IMG/VR virus record: IMGVR_UViG_3300045988_059190
Direction: 5' to 3' (one strand)
Origin: a virus
DNA length: 56,602 nt
This document shows, in pieces, positions 43,786 through 51,729 of this stretch. Positions within the stretch are counted from its first letter, which is position 1. Every line of letters begins with the position of its first letter. The notes beneath the pieces are model-generated. The model was given only the letters and a program-made list of their open reading frames with translations. It had not been told where the DNA came from and did not search any database. The position numbers and the translations under genes were made by a program.

Positions 43786-43962
43786 ATGAGCGAAGAAACC
43801 ATTTGCGAAGTAGTCAAAAGCTGTGCCTACGACTACACGGTAGACGAATTGGCAGAACACTACGGCATGGAAAAAGCAGATGCAGAAAAGTTTGTGAAAG
43901 ATCATGCATCAGAGATTACAGAAACGAAAGAGCACTTAAAACAGGAGGGGTATATTGAATAG
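43786..43962 (+). CDS. small acidic protein (58 aa), no TM segment
   Basis: Overlaps the endolysin start by 8 nt. It is not holin-like. Confidence 0.4.
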   Translation: MSEETICEVVKSCAYDYTVDELAEHYGMEKADAEKFVKDHASEITETKEHLKQEGYIE

Positions 43963-44944
43963 GGTAGTCGATGTTTCTGAGCATAACGGAAACATCGACT
44001 GGGCGAAAGTAAAAGCATCCGGCATTGTAGGAGCTATCATCAGATGCGGATATGGACAAGATCAGACCGGACAGGATGATAAAAAATGGCTGAGAAATGT
44101 ATCTGAATGTGAACGTCTTGGCATCCCTTACGGTGTGTATCTGTATTCTTACGCAAAGACTACAGGTGCGGTACGGGGAGAAATCAACCACGCATTAAGA
44201 CTTCTAAAAGGACATTCTCCGGCATGGCCTGTATATTTTGACAGCGAACAGCCGGGAACACAGGGCGTTGCAAAAGCCAATGCAAAAGCATTTTGTGACG
44301 CAATGGTGGCACATGGCTATAAAGCCGGAATCTATGCATCTACATCTTGGTACAAGAACTATATCGGTCAGACATGGGGATATTCTCTGTGGATTGCATC
44401 TTACGGCTCTAAATCTGCCGGAGTAGACGGAATCGACATGTGGCAGTACACATCAAAATGCTCTATTCCTGGAATCCCTGGAAATGTAGATGTGAACTAT
44501 GTTTATAAGGACTTTGGCGGTACGGTAACTCCAGTACAGAAACCGACTGCATCACCGGCACCTAAACCGGTAGATGAATCTTGGAAAGGTGACAAGCGGT
44601 ATTATCTTAACAATTCCCGTGTTGGAGAATGGCAGAAAGCCATGAACAAAGGGTTTGATACCAACGCACTGTCTGTTGATGACAAATTCGGTGTCGGCTC
44701 ACAGAATTTTGCTAAAACGCATATCTTGTGGTCCGGCCAGACACACAACTGTATCACGGCTATCAGATGGCTGAGACGCACCCTCAGAGACGTATATGGC
44801 TTTACGAAGCTGTCTTACGATGGTGGATGGACAGACTACCTTGGGAAGTGTGTAGAAGTATTCCAGAGGAACAGAGGACTTACACCGGATAGAAAAGTAG
44901 GACTTGACACAACCTACTGGCTATTATTGGGTGTTGTAAAATAG
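43955..44944 (+). CDS. endolysin: GH25 muramidase + peptidoglycan-binding domain
   Basis: VVDVSEHNGNIDWAKVKASGIVGAIIRCGYG..GVYLYSYA, a P/K-rich linker, and C-terminal ..FQRNRGLTPDRKVGLDT. TTG start follows AGGAGGGG. Confidence 0.9.
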   Translation: MNRVVDVSEHNGNIDWAKVKASGIVGAIIRCGYGQDQTGQDDKKWLRNVSECERLGIPYGVYLYSYAKTTGAVRGEINHALRLLKGHSPAWPVYFDSEQPGTQGVAKANAKAFCDAMVAHGYKAGIYASTSWYKNYIGQTWGYSLWIASYGSKSAGVDGIDMWQYTSKCSIPGIPGNVDVNYVYKDFGGTVTPVQKPTASPAPKPVDESWKGDKRYYLNNSRVGEWQKAMNKGFDTNALSVDDKFGVGSQNFAKTHILWSGQTHNCITAIRWLRRTLRDVYGFTKLSYDGGWTDYLGKCVEVFQRNRGLTPDRKVGLDTTYWLLLGVVK

Positions 44945-44975
44945 AATAAGATCATTACACTTTTCATACAATACT

Positions 44976-45019
44976 AAAAATCCCCACTGCTGATTACTCG
45001 CCAGTAGTGGGGATTTTTT
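44976..45019. terminator. bidirectional terminator between convergent genes
   Basis: AAAAATCCCCACTG ... CAGTAGTGGGGATTTTT with A/T runs on both sides. The right arm overlaps the 3' end of the minus-strand gene. Confidence 0.65.
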
Positions 45020-46058
45020 CTTTTTCTATAAAATGATAGATTGGGAGCAAAATTCCGATATATCCTTTTTTGTACATGACATTCATTAGTGATTTCATTC
45101 CAATTGCGCTTTCAATAGAACTTTGAATGGAAATTACGTCATTTATCTTGGTCCCATGCATCGGTTTTAATTTTAGAATAACATATTGATTTGTGCATAA
45201 TGAACCATCTATCATAACCATTAATCCAATTTCGCTATACACATGCAATATTTTATCAGAAACTTCTTTAATTTTTTCATCTGATACTATTTGACTTATG
45301 ACAGAATCGTTTGTAAGATTATCAAATCGTTTTTCGTTATATTTTACGTTTCCTCCAGTAACATCGTCTGTATAATTTTGCTCTTTGTCCAGTTCACAAT
45401 TTGCAACACACAGAGAAGCGAAAGCAGTAGAAAAATCCTTTATATGTTCATTATCCCGCTTCTCACTTTTGTTAATATGTTCAGATGGAATTTCTATATT
45501 ATCTATCTTAATTTCTTTTTCTGAAACAGTTTTTCTTTCGACATTCAATTTGTTTAAGTCTTCGACAAGAGTTTTGCACTCACGTTCAAGAACAGCATTG
45601 GCACGATCGGTTAGAGATTTTTCTTTTGCAAGATGATATATACAATTATCAAATTGCAAAGTGTCAGTGTCTTTTTTCTTGTCTTTTTTTATCAAATATG
45701 AGAATAGATATGTTAACCCGCCAAAAAATGCTATATTTATTATGAATAAGAATATAGTACCAATTATACCATTTTCTTTCACATACTTTGTCCAGTTTGC
45801 AAAAAAATTAATCGTCTGAAAGAGCGTTAATATTCCAAATAAAATTTCCGCCAATACAAGCAATGTAATTTTAAAACCAGGAGAATCATGTTGGCCAGAA
45901 GCTTTCTCTAAATTCTTTTGAAAAGTATAGAGCTTTTTTCTCCTGTTTTTCTTCCTAAGTTCTTTCTTGCGCTTTTTAGCACGTTTCTTCTGCATTTTTC
46001 GGTTGTAAGCAGTTCTTGTTACAGCACGCTTTATATAATGATATTGGCTCGGACGCAT
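44994..46058 (-). CDS. membrane protein (basic N-terminus, ~3 TM, cytoplasmic C-domain)
   Basis: RBS is AAGGAG. KKRAKKRKKELRKKNRRKK, then hydrophobic segments. The C-terminal ..VILKLKPMHGTKINDVISIQSSIESAIG..KGYIGILLP vaguely recalls an FtsK-alpha-type pattern. Confidence 0.6.
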   Translation of the reverse strand: MRPSQYHYIKRAVTRTAYNRKMQKKRAKKRKKELRKKNRRKKLYTFQKNLEKASGQHDSPGFKITLLVLAEILFGILTLFQTINFFANWTKYVKENGIIGTIFLFIINIAFFGGLTYLFSYLIKKDKKKDTDTLQFDNCIYHLAKEKSLTDRANAVLERECKTLVEDLNKLNVERKTVSEKEIKIDNIEIPSEHINKSEKRDNEHIKDFSTAFASLCVANCELDKEQNYTDDVTGGNVKYNEKRFDNLTNDSVISQIVSDEKIKEVSDKILHVYSEIGLMVMIDGSLCTNQYVILKLKPMHGTKINDVISIQSSIESAIGMKSLMNVMYKKGYIGILLPIYHFIEKEKIPTTGE

Positions 46059-46100
46059 TTCAACAGCTCCTTATTATCTTTTTAAGAAGTATATAGTATG

Positions 46101-46835
46101 CTATCTTCTTAATACCGCAATCACAACTCCAAACCTTACCCATTGTTCCATGTCTTCAAAACTATTCGGATCAACTTCTATGACATCACCGAAGCCGTTG
46201 ATCGGGACTAACTTTGTCTTACTTCTCTGTACATACCGCCTTATATACGCACGTCCTGTTTCTTTGTGTATAATAATCACGGTATCACCGTTTCTTGGTA
46301 CTCTTTTGGATATGCAAATGATATCACCATTTACATATACAGGGAGCAAGTGGTTGCTCGTTATCTTTATACCACAATGTAACGTCTCACCGTACTTTTT
46401 TATGTATTCCGGGCAGTATATCCGTTCTTCGTGTGAGGAATCCAATATCATACCGTCAGCCATCTCACCAGTGGGGCATAGAACATCCAACATGTTTTCT
46501 GGATCCGTTTCCGACACTTTCATAGAGATTTCATAATCCATCTTGCCAAGAATATACGCACGTTGTCTGTCAGTCAATTGCCTGTACTTTCCCAATACCT
46601 CGTATTCCTTTGAAGAACACCCTAAGAGATCAGGGATAGGTTTATGCGTTAGCTGTGACAACCTTAGTGCTAAGAAAACGTCAAGATTATTAGTCTTCCG
46701 TGAAACAATGTTTTTGTATGTGGACACAGATACACCCAGCATCTTAGAAAAGAGAACTTGCGTAATATCAAGGTTTTTCCGCTCTTCTTCGATGTTATGT
46801 GCAAAGTTATCCAACATTTCGTTTTTCGTTAGCAT
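46101..46835 (-). CDS. CI-like repressor: XRE HTH + S24/LexA-like C-terminal domain
   Basis: HTH is LDITQVLFSKMLGVSVSTYKNIVS. C-terminal beta-domain is NGDIICISKRVPRNGDTVIIIHKETGRAYIRRY. The canonical Ser/Lys dyad is not obvious. Confidence 0.75.
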   Translation of the reverse strand: MLTKNEMLDNFAHNIEEERKNLDITQVLFSKMLGVSVSTYKNIVSRKTNNLDVFLALRLSQLTHKPIPDLLGCSSKEYEVLGKYRQLTDRQRAYILGKMDYEISMKVSETDPENMLDVLCPTGEMADGMILDSSHEERIYCPEYIKKYGETLHCGIKITSNHLLPVYVNGDIICISKRVPRNGDTVIIIHKETGRAYIRRYVQRSKTKLVPINGFGDVIEVDPNSFEDMEQWVRFGVVIAVLRR

Positions 46836-47016
46836 TTTGTCACATCCTGTCGAAAAGGCTAATATCTTGGCTGTTTTTCATTCTTTTTGTAAGAAAAATA
46901 CGATATTTTAGCCAACATCTTGACTATAGTTTCGAGTTATAATCTATGTAGGTATTACAATGTATTATTATAAGACAAAAATGGCACTTGTCAAGCCATT
47001 GATAGGAGGTAATCTA

Positions 47017-47175
47017 ATGGGAAAGGACGAAATGAACAGCAAGAGCAACAAAACATGGACTGATACTTATGAAAGCGAAATCAAGCGGATGATAAAAGGC
47101 ATCCGTGACCCTCGCCTAATGCGGTACATCTATCTTATAGTAAAAGATGCTATCAGTGAAAATATTGACAGATAA
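47017..47175 (+). CDS. small hypothetical protein (52 aa)
   Basis: AGGAGG RBS. Contains ..EIKRMIKGIRDPRLMRYIYLIVKDAI... Confidence 0.5.
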   Translation: MGKDEMNSKSNKTWTDTYESEIKRMIKGIRDPRLMRYIYLIVKDAISENIDR

Positions 47176-47243
47176 CAAACATATGTTCTATAATGTAGGT
47201 AATCGCTACTGGAATGACGTGTCGGGATATTGGAGGGATTTAT

Positions 47244-47354
47244 GTGGACGAAATTAAATGGTATCAAGAAGAAATAACGAAAGTTGTAAACGGTCAAAAG
47301 AATCTTACGTGGTTAAAGCTTGTATATATATACGTAAGTCGATTAAAAAAATAA
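47244..47354 (+). CDS. small hypothetical protein (36 aa), weak paralogue of 47017..47175
   Basis: GTG lies 6 nt after GGAGGG. Contains ..EEITKVVNGQKNLTWLKLVYIYVSRL. It ends at the terminator. Confidence 0.4.
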   Translation: MDEIKWYQEEITKVVNGQKNLTWLKLVYIYVSRLKK

Positions 47355-47405
47355 GTAAAAGAAAAGTCAAGGGTTTGCGCATTGCCCTTGACTTTTCTTT
47401 TACTT
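47353..47405. terminator. bidirectional terminator, perfect 21-bp inverted repeat
   Basis: AAGTAAAAGAAAAGTCAAGGG - 11 nt - CCCTTGACTTTTCTTTTACTT, between convergent genes. Confidence 0.8.
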
Positions 47406-47786
47406 TCCTTCTGAAATCATATCAATCAGTTTTTCTAGATTATCCCACCCGTCAGAATCTAATTTTGATAGAGCAGCTACTAATCTATATTTGAAATTAG
47501 ATTCATCCATACTTTGAATATCTGCCAACATCGCAGTGATTTGTTCGTCTTTTGTTTGGGTGGCAAACATTGGCTTTTTGCCACTTCTGAACCATTCTTC
47601 TCTAACTGTTTTTCCATTCCAATTTTCCAAACAAATTATTCTGAAAATTTTGTCTGTAACATCACGATCTCCTTTTTCTATCTGAGATAAATATGCTTGC
47701 GCAACGCCGATCCGTTCTCCAAAAGTTTTCTGATTCATTTCAAGAGCTAATCTCAATTCTTTTACTCTTTGGTTTATTGACTCCAT
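47400..47786 (-). CDS. XRE-family HTH transcriptional regulator
   Basis: QRVKELRLALEMNQKTFGERIGVAQAYLSQIEKGDR. RBS is GAAAGGAGG. Confidence 0.85.
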   Translation of the reverse strand: MESINQRVKELRLALEMNQKTFGERIGVAQAYLSQIEKGDRDVTDKIFRIICLENWNGKTVREEWFRSGKKPMFATQTKDEQITAMLADIQSMDESNFKYRLVAALSKLDSDGWDNLEKLIDMISEGK

Positions 47787-47827
47787 GTAGAACCTCCTTT
47801 CTGTATATAAATGATAACATAAAAATA

Positions 47828-47891
47828 TCGCAAATGCAATATCTTTCTATTGACAAATAATTGCAAATGATATATTATGATATTGCAAACG
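47828..47891. promoter_or_regulatory. divergent promoter/operator region: three TTGCAAA-type boxes and a TTGACA-N17-TATTAT promoter
   Basis: Boxes are TCGCAAATG (47828-36), TTGCAAATG (47861-69, inside the spacer) and TTGCAAACG (47883-91). The -35 is at 47850-55 and the -10 at 47873-78. Confidence 0.6.
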
Positions 47892-47914
47892 AAATACAGG
47901 AGGTGATAGCAAAA

Positions 47915-48106
47915 ATGATAACTGCATCGGTTATTTTCACGGTATACGGGATAACTGCATCGATTGTGGCATGTATCGTATTAAAACTTGAAAAACCGTT
48001 CTGGTTGTTCTTGAGAGTGCCATATTTGACTTGCAGTTCTCAGATGTCAATAAATATGGCAATGGCATTACTTTTGTTTTATTACATTGGACAAGTCAAT
48101 GCATAA
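47915..48106 (+). CDS. small membrane protein (63 aa)
   Basis: AGGAGGTG RBS. Two hydrophobic segments. Confidence 0.55.
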   Translation: MITASVIFTVYGITASIVACIVLKLEKPFWLFLRVPYLTCSSQMSINMAMALLLFYYIGQVNA

Positions 48107-48439
48107 AACATCAAAAAGTGATTTTGCCGTATTAATCTGTTGCTTTTGAATGCAGATATCTAACTCATTTATTTGCTTGTGTAACTTCTTCGGAACATAC
48201 AGATAAAGCATTCCTTTGGCTTTATTGTATTGAGAAAGATTTACACGAGAACATAATTCAAGACAATTTCCAACAGATTCAATATAGGCTTCAATGACGG
48301 AAAATTTTTTATTGAGAGTAAAATCTAATTTTCGCATTTTGATTTGATGCCGATTGTTTGCGATTGTTGTTAGTGTTGGCAGAACAAGAGAACAAAGAGT
48401 TATCAAAAGAGCAAGATTTATCGTAAAGTCAAATTTCAT
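48068..48439 (-). CDS. membrane-anchored hypothetical protein
   Basis: GGAGGAA RBS. N-terminal TM segment INLALLITLCSLVLPTLTTIA. Confidence 0.55.
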   Translation of the reverse strand: MKFDFTINLALLITLCSLVLPTLTTIANNRHQIKMRKLDFTLNKKFSVIEAYIESVGNCLELCSRVNLSQYNKAKGMLYLYVPKKLHKQINELDICIQKQQINTAKSLFDVLCIDLSNVIKQK

Positions 48440-48489
48440 TTTATTCCTCCTTTCCAAAGGAAAGTATAGCACAGAAAGGAAGTGAGTGC

Positions 48490-48639
48490 ATGAGTGAGAA
48501 AGAGAAAAAGATAGTTGAGAAGATTAAAAAGGCAATGCCGAACTTATCCGAATTTGACAAAGGTTATTTTCTCGGCAAAGTAGAAAGTCTGGCAGATGAA
48601 GCAGAAAAGAAGCCGGACACTCCGGCGAAGAAAACATAA
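48490..48639 (+). CDS. small hypothetical protein (49 aa)
   Basis: RBS is AAAGGAAG. MSEKEKKIVEKIKKAMPNLSEFDKGYFLGKVESLADEA... Confidence 0.45.
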   Translation: MSEKEKKIVEKIKKAMPNLSEFDKGYFLGKVESLADEAEKKPDTPAKKT

Positions 48640-48682
48640 GGGATGCCGGAACCATAACAATTAAATACAGGGAGGTGACACA

Positions 48683-48988
48683 GTGAAAGTATTCGAGCCA
48701 CGATGGGTTGTAAGGATTTGCATTCATAAGAATCCAGATAAAAGTGATATGGATAATTTACAGCATTTAAAAGAGGGATATTTCTTTTACTGGAATGCAA
48801 GGAAAGAGAAGAAAAGACTTTCTGGTATCCCTGTAATTTCAGTCCAAATATGCCACATCCCATTTAGAAAAAGGCACCCATATTTTCCGCTATGGCTTTC
48901 AATATTTGCTTTAATAGCCGTAACAATGAATATAAGATTGGATTCTTGTATATGTCATATCCTCCAAATAATGCAAGTATGGAGATAA
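48683..48988 (+). CDS. hypothetical protein
   Basis: GTG follows GGGAGGTG. The 3' 125 nt overlap the convergent ORF 48864..49226, so the true end is uncertain. Confidence 0.4.
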   Translation: MKVFEPRWVVRICIHKNPDKSDMDNLQHLKEGYFFYWNARKEKKRLSGIPVISVQICHIPFRKRHPYFPLWLSIFALIAVTMNIRLDSCICHILQIMQVWR

Positions 48989-49226
48989 GAGTAGGAACGA
49001 TGAATCTTATTTTATCTTTCCTCTTGTATCGGAGATACATTTTCGCACGGTTATTTAGTACATAATTAGTACTTTTAGATGAACGGCAAATTAAGTTCTG
49101 TTCTCTGAGAAAATGGTATTTATCCTCGAAGAATTTCTTTTGTGATAAACCGAAGAATTGTATTTTTCGAAGACACATATTTTCTGAAAAAGATAAATCT
49201 AATTCTCGATGTGAAACCTGTGACAT
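48864..49226 (-). CDS. hypothetical protein with C-terminal TM segment
   Basis: ATG follows GAAAGGAA. Hydrophobic segment FIVPTLISILALFGG. Confidence 0.5.
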   Translation of the reverse strand: MSQVSHRELDLSFSENMCLRKIQFFGLSQKKFFEDKYHFLREQNLICRSSKSTNYVLNNRAKMYLRYKRKDKIRFIVPTLISILALFGGYDIYKNPILYSLLRLLKQILKAIAENMGAFF

Positions 49227-49688
49227 GGTTAATATTCCTTTCTGGATTACTCGGCATGTCAGTGCCTGTATGAACAGTATAGGAGAATCCAGAAGAAAAT
49301 ACAACATGCAATGGAAGAGCCAAGAGGTGAAAGGCTATGGAGCTGAAATGTTAAGCACTGAATGTAACTGAGACGGAAGCGAATGGCAGAGACTTGAAAA
49401 GAAATGATATGGCTTTGTGACGCTTAGCACGGATAAGAAAAGTAGCAGATCAGCATGAACAGACACGAAAAGATAAGGAATTGAAGAGAGAAGTTCTGAA
49501 ACGGAGGTGCGTGGAAAGGTGAGGCTTTGCATGGAAAAGGAAAGGAAACGAAAGGCGAGACGAAGAAAAGGAACGGCATGGAACGGTGATGATTGGCTAA
49601 GGAAACGAATGGCTTGGTGGAGAAAAGGAAACGAAGAGTGTAGAGTAGTAAAGCAACCAAAGAAAATTGAAAAGGAGAAAACAGTATC

Positions 49689-50360
49689 ATGAAAGAATTA
49701 AAAGTAAGAATTACGTTCACTGAGGAAGTATTAGGTTCACAGTGTGCGGATAAGGAGATTCACCGGACTTATATTGCATCCAAAGCACCGGACGCACCGT
49801 CCCGTGAGGACGAAGTAGCAACACTGGGTGTAGATGCAGTGGAAGAGAAATCAATGACGATTTTCCACAAATACGAAGACGGAAAGCCGTTCGTATATGA
49901 CTACCAGGTAAAAGGAATGTTCAAAGATTCATGCGGAATGCTCCGCAAGGTTAAAGGTAGTGAATCATCAAAAATCAAAGCGTACAAAAAGGAGATTGAC
50001 GGTCTTATTTTTGTGAAAGAGCGCAAAATTCCACTGATTTTTGACGGGGATATGGGAACGTGTCAGAGACCGCTCCGGGCAAACACACCACAGGGAGAAA
50101 GAATATCCCTTGCATGTTCAGAGACCGTTCCGGCCGGAACAACAATGGAATTTACTGTTCAATGTACGGTAGACAGTCATGTAAAACTTATAAAAGAATG
50201 GTTTGACTACGGAGAATTGAGAGGGTTTTCACAGTGGCGAAACTCAGGTAAAGGGCGCTATGTTTGGGACGAACTGGACAAAAACGGGAACATCATTGGC
50301 GGTAATAACGTACATAAAAAGGTGAAAAAAACAGGTACGAAAGGCAGTAAAAAAGCCTAA
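49689..50360 (+). CDS. hypothetical protein with basic C-terminal tail
   Basis: RBS is AAAAGGAG. 223 aa. Contains G-rich loop RGFSQWRNSGKGRY and tail HKKVKKTGTKGSKKA. Lies directly upstream of the iteron array. Confidence 0.65.
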   Translation: MKELKVRITFTEEVLGSQCADKEIHRTYIASKAPDAPSREDEVATLGVDAVEEKSMTIFHKYEDGKPFVYDYQVKGMFKDSCGMLRKVKGSESSKIKAYKKEIDGLIFVKERKIPLIFDGDMGTCQRPLRANTPQGERISLACSETVPAGTTMEFTVQCTVDSHVKLIKEWFDYGELRGFSQWRNSGKGRYVWDELDKNGNIIGGNNVHKKVKKTGTKGSKKA

Positions 50361-50433
50361 AAATATTTATTTTTCAATGTATTCAAATTATTGGAAAGGT
50401 AAATGCGAAAATGGTAGTTGATTTTTGGTCAAA

Positions 50434-50689
50434 TCGCAAGCCACTTAGCAAGCCACAACCCTTGAAAAATAAGGGCAAAACGGCAACTGGTCGCAAGCCA
50501 AACGACACTCAGATAACAATCAATTGACAAGCCAAAATTAAAGAAATTTTCAAAAAATCGAAAATTTTGACAAGCCAGTTGACAAGCAAATGACAAGCTA
50601 AAACCCTTGAAAAATAAGGCAAAACTGCTTGTCAAGTGAAAACGGTTAGCAAGCTACATAACAATCAATTAACAATCAATTCGCAAGCC
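50434..50689. repeat. iteron array (10 copies of TTrrCAAGCy, one inverted) with two longer repeats; origin-like
   Basis: Copies at 50434, 50445, 50491, 50524, 50567, 50579, 50590, 50627 (inverted), 50646 and 50680. AACCCTTGAAAAATAAGG(G)CAAAAC occurs twice. ATAACAATCAATT occurs 2-3 times. An A-rich tract follows at 50693-50747. Confidence 0.75.
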
Positions 50690-50913
50690 AGTTAACAACA
50701 ATAGAAGAATATAAAGAAGAATAAGAATAAAAAGAATATAGATATATGTCAGACACAATCGGTCTGACGATAAAAGGGACATAAAAAGTGCCCCGCTGGT
50801 ACTGGCATACCAGACAGGGCGGTGTACCGCTAACGAACACTTAGCGAATACAGGTTGATTATAACACATTCTCCTGTAATTCGCAAATCTGAAGAACAGG
50901 AGGAAAAGCACAC

Positions 50914-51021
50914 ATGACAATGGCAACAGAGATCATCCGCAAGTTGAAAAGAAAATTAATCTTTTGGCGTTGCTTATGGTTCGTCACATTCATCGCAATG
51001 CTGACACTTATGATCGGGTAG
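50914..51021 (+). CDS. 35-aa hydrophobic peptide
   Basis: Strong RBS AGGAGGAA. MTMATEIIRKLKRKLIFWRCLWFVTFIAMLTLMIG. Confidence 0.45.
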   Translation: MTMATEIIRKLKRKLIFWRCLWFVTFIAMLTLMIG

Positions 51022-51033
51022 GAGGTAGAGAGC

Positions 51034-51117
51034 ATGGAAGACAAGCTTAACTACTACAGGATAGCACTTGTGATAACGCTATACGCATTGGCGGTTATGA
51101 TAGCCGGATGTGTATAA
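51034..51117 (+). CDS. 27-aa hydrophobic peptide
   Basis: Strong RBS AGGAGG. MEDKLNYYRIALVITLYALAVMIAGCV. Confidence 0.45.
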   Translation: MEDKLNYYRIALVITLYALAVMIAGCV

Positions 51118-51199
51118 AAAAAGAGTGCTGATGGAAAATCCAATCAAGCACTCAGAAAAACATTCAAGAAAATTATAACACATGAAAGGAGATTTGAAC

Positions 51200-51382
51200 A
51201 TGGGAGAAGAGAAAAAAGATAGCTTACAAAGCGTAATAGATGCGGTAGCAGACGTTGTTGAAGATTACGGAGAAGTTGTGGAGGAATATGCATACCAGAA
51301 AGCGCAACTGGATACGTTGAAAAGATTTGTCCGCAAAAACAGCTATGTTGAGCGAGACATGATTTTAAAACTGATGGGGTGA
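51200..51382 (+). CDS. small acidic protein
   Basis: RBS is AAAGGAG. 60 aa. Confidence 0.5.
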   Translation: MGEEKKDSLQSVIDAVADVVEDYGEVVEEYAYQKAQLDTLKRFVRKNSYVERDMILKLMG

Positions 51383-51389
51383 GATGAAG

Positions 51390-51593
51390 ATGGAAAGCAT
51401 TAAAGGCTATGACCATTGGAAGACCATACCGCCGGAGCCGGAAGAAGAAAAACAGGAATACTGCACATGCTGTGGAAGACTTGTATACAGTGGTGACAGC
51501 TTACACACATTTGACGGACAGACGCTATGTGAAGAATGCGTGAAAGAGATCACAGGAGGGAAAGAAGATGGCAGAGATATGGATGATCTGTAA
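51390..51593 (+). CDS. small zinc-ribbon protein
   Basis: CTCCG...x...CEEC. Confidence 0.5.
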   Translation: MESIKGYDHWKTIPPEPEEEKQEYCTCCGRLVYSGDSLHTFDGQTLCEECVKEITGGKEDGRDMDDL

Positions 51594-51720
51594 ACCGGAC
51601 TTGGAATACCGTATCGGGGCGTATGCCTATGAAACAGATATGGACAAGGCTTATGTGCATAAGCTTGCCGACAAGGTAGCAGAAAAAAATAAATGCAAAA
51701 CAATCGTGAAAGAACTTTAG
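51568..51720 (+). CDS. small hypothetical protein (50 aa)
   Basis: RBS is AGGAGGG. Fills the gap before the DUF1351 gene. Confidence 0.4.
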   Translation: MAEIWMICKPDLEYRIGAYAYETDMDKAYVHKLADKVAEKNKCKTIVKEL

Positions 51721-51729
51721 GAGGGTGAA

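Noticed and set aside
47258-47494. 78-aa + strand ORF from the track
   Set aside because: It reads straight through the perfect 21-bp terminator and antisense into the XRE gene, and it has no RBS. The GTG-initiated 36-codon frame (47244..47354) has a GGAGGG RBS and stops at the terminator.
50434-50689. Possible CRISPR array
   Set aside because: The repeats are only 9-10 bp, irregularly spaced (2-46 nt) and include an inverted copy. There are no cas genes. The pattern fits iterons.
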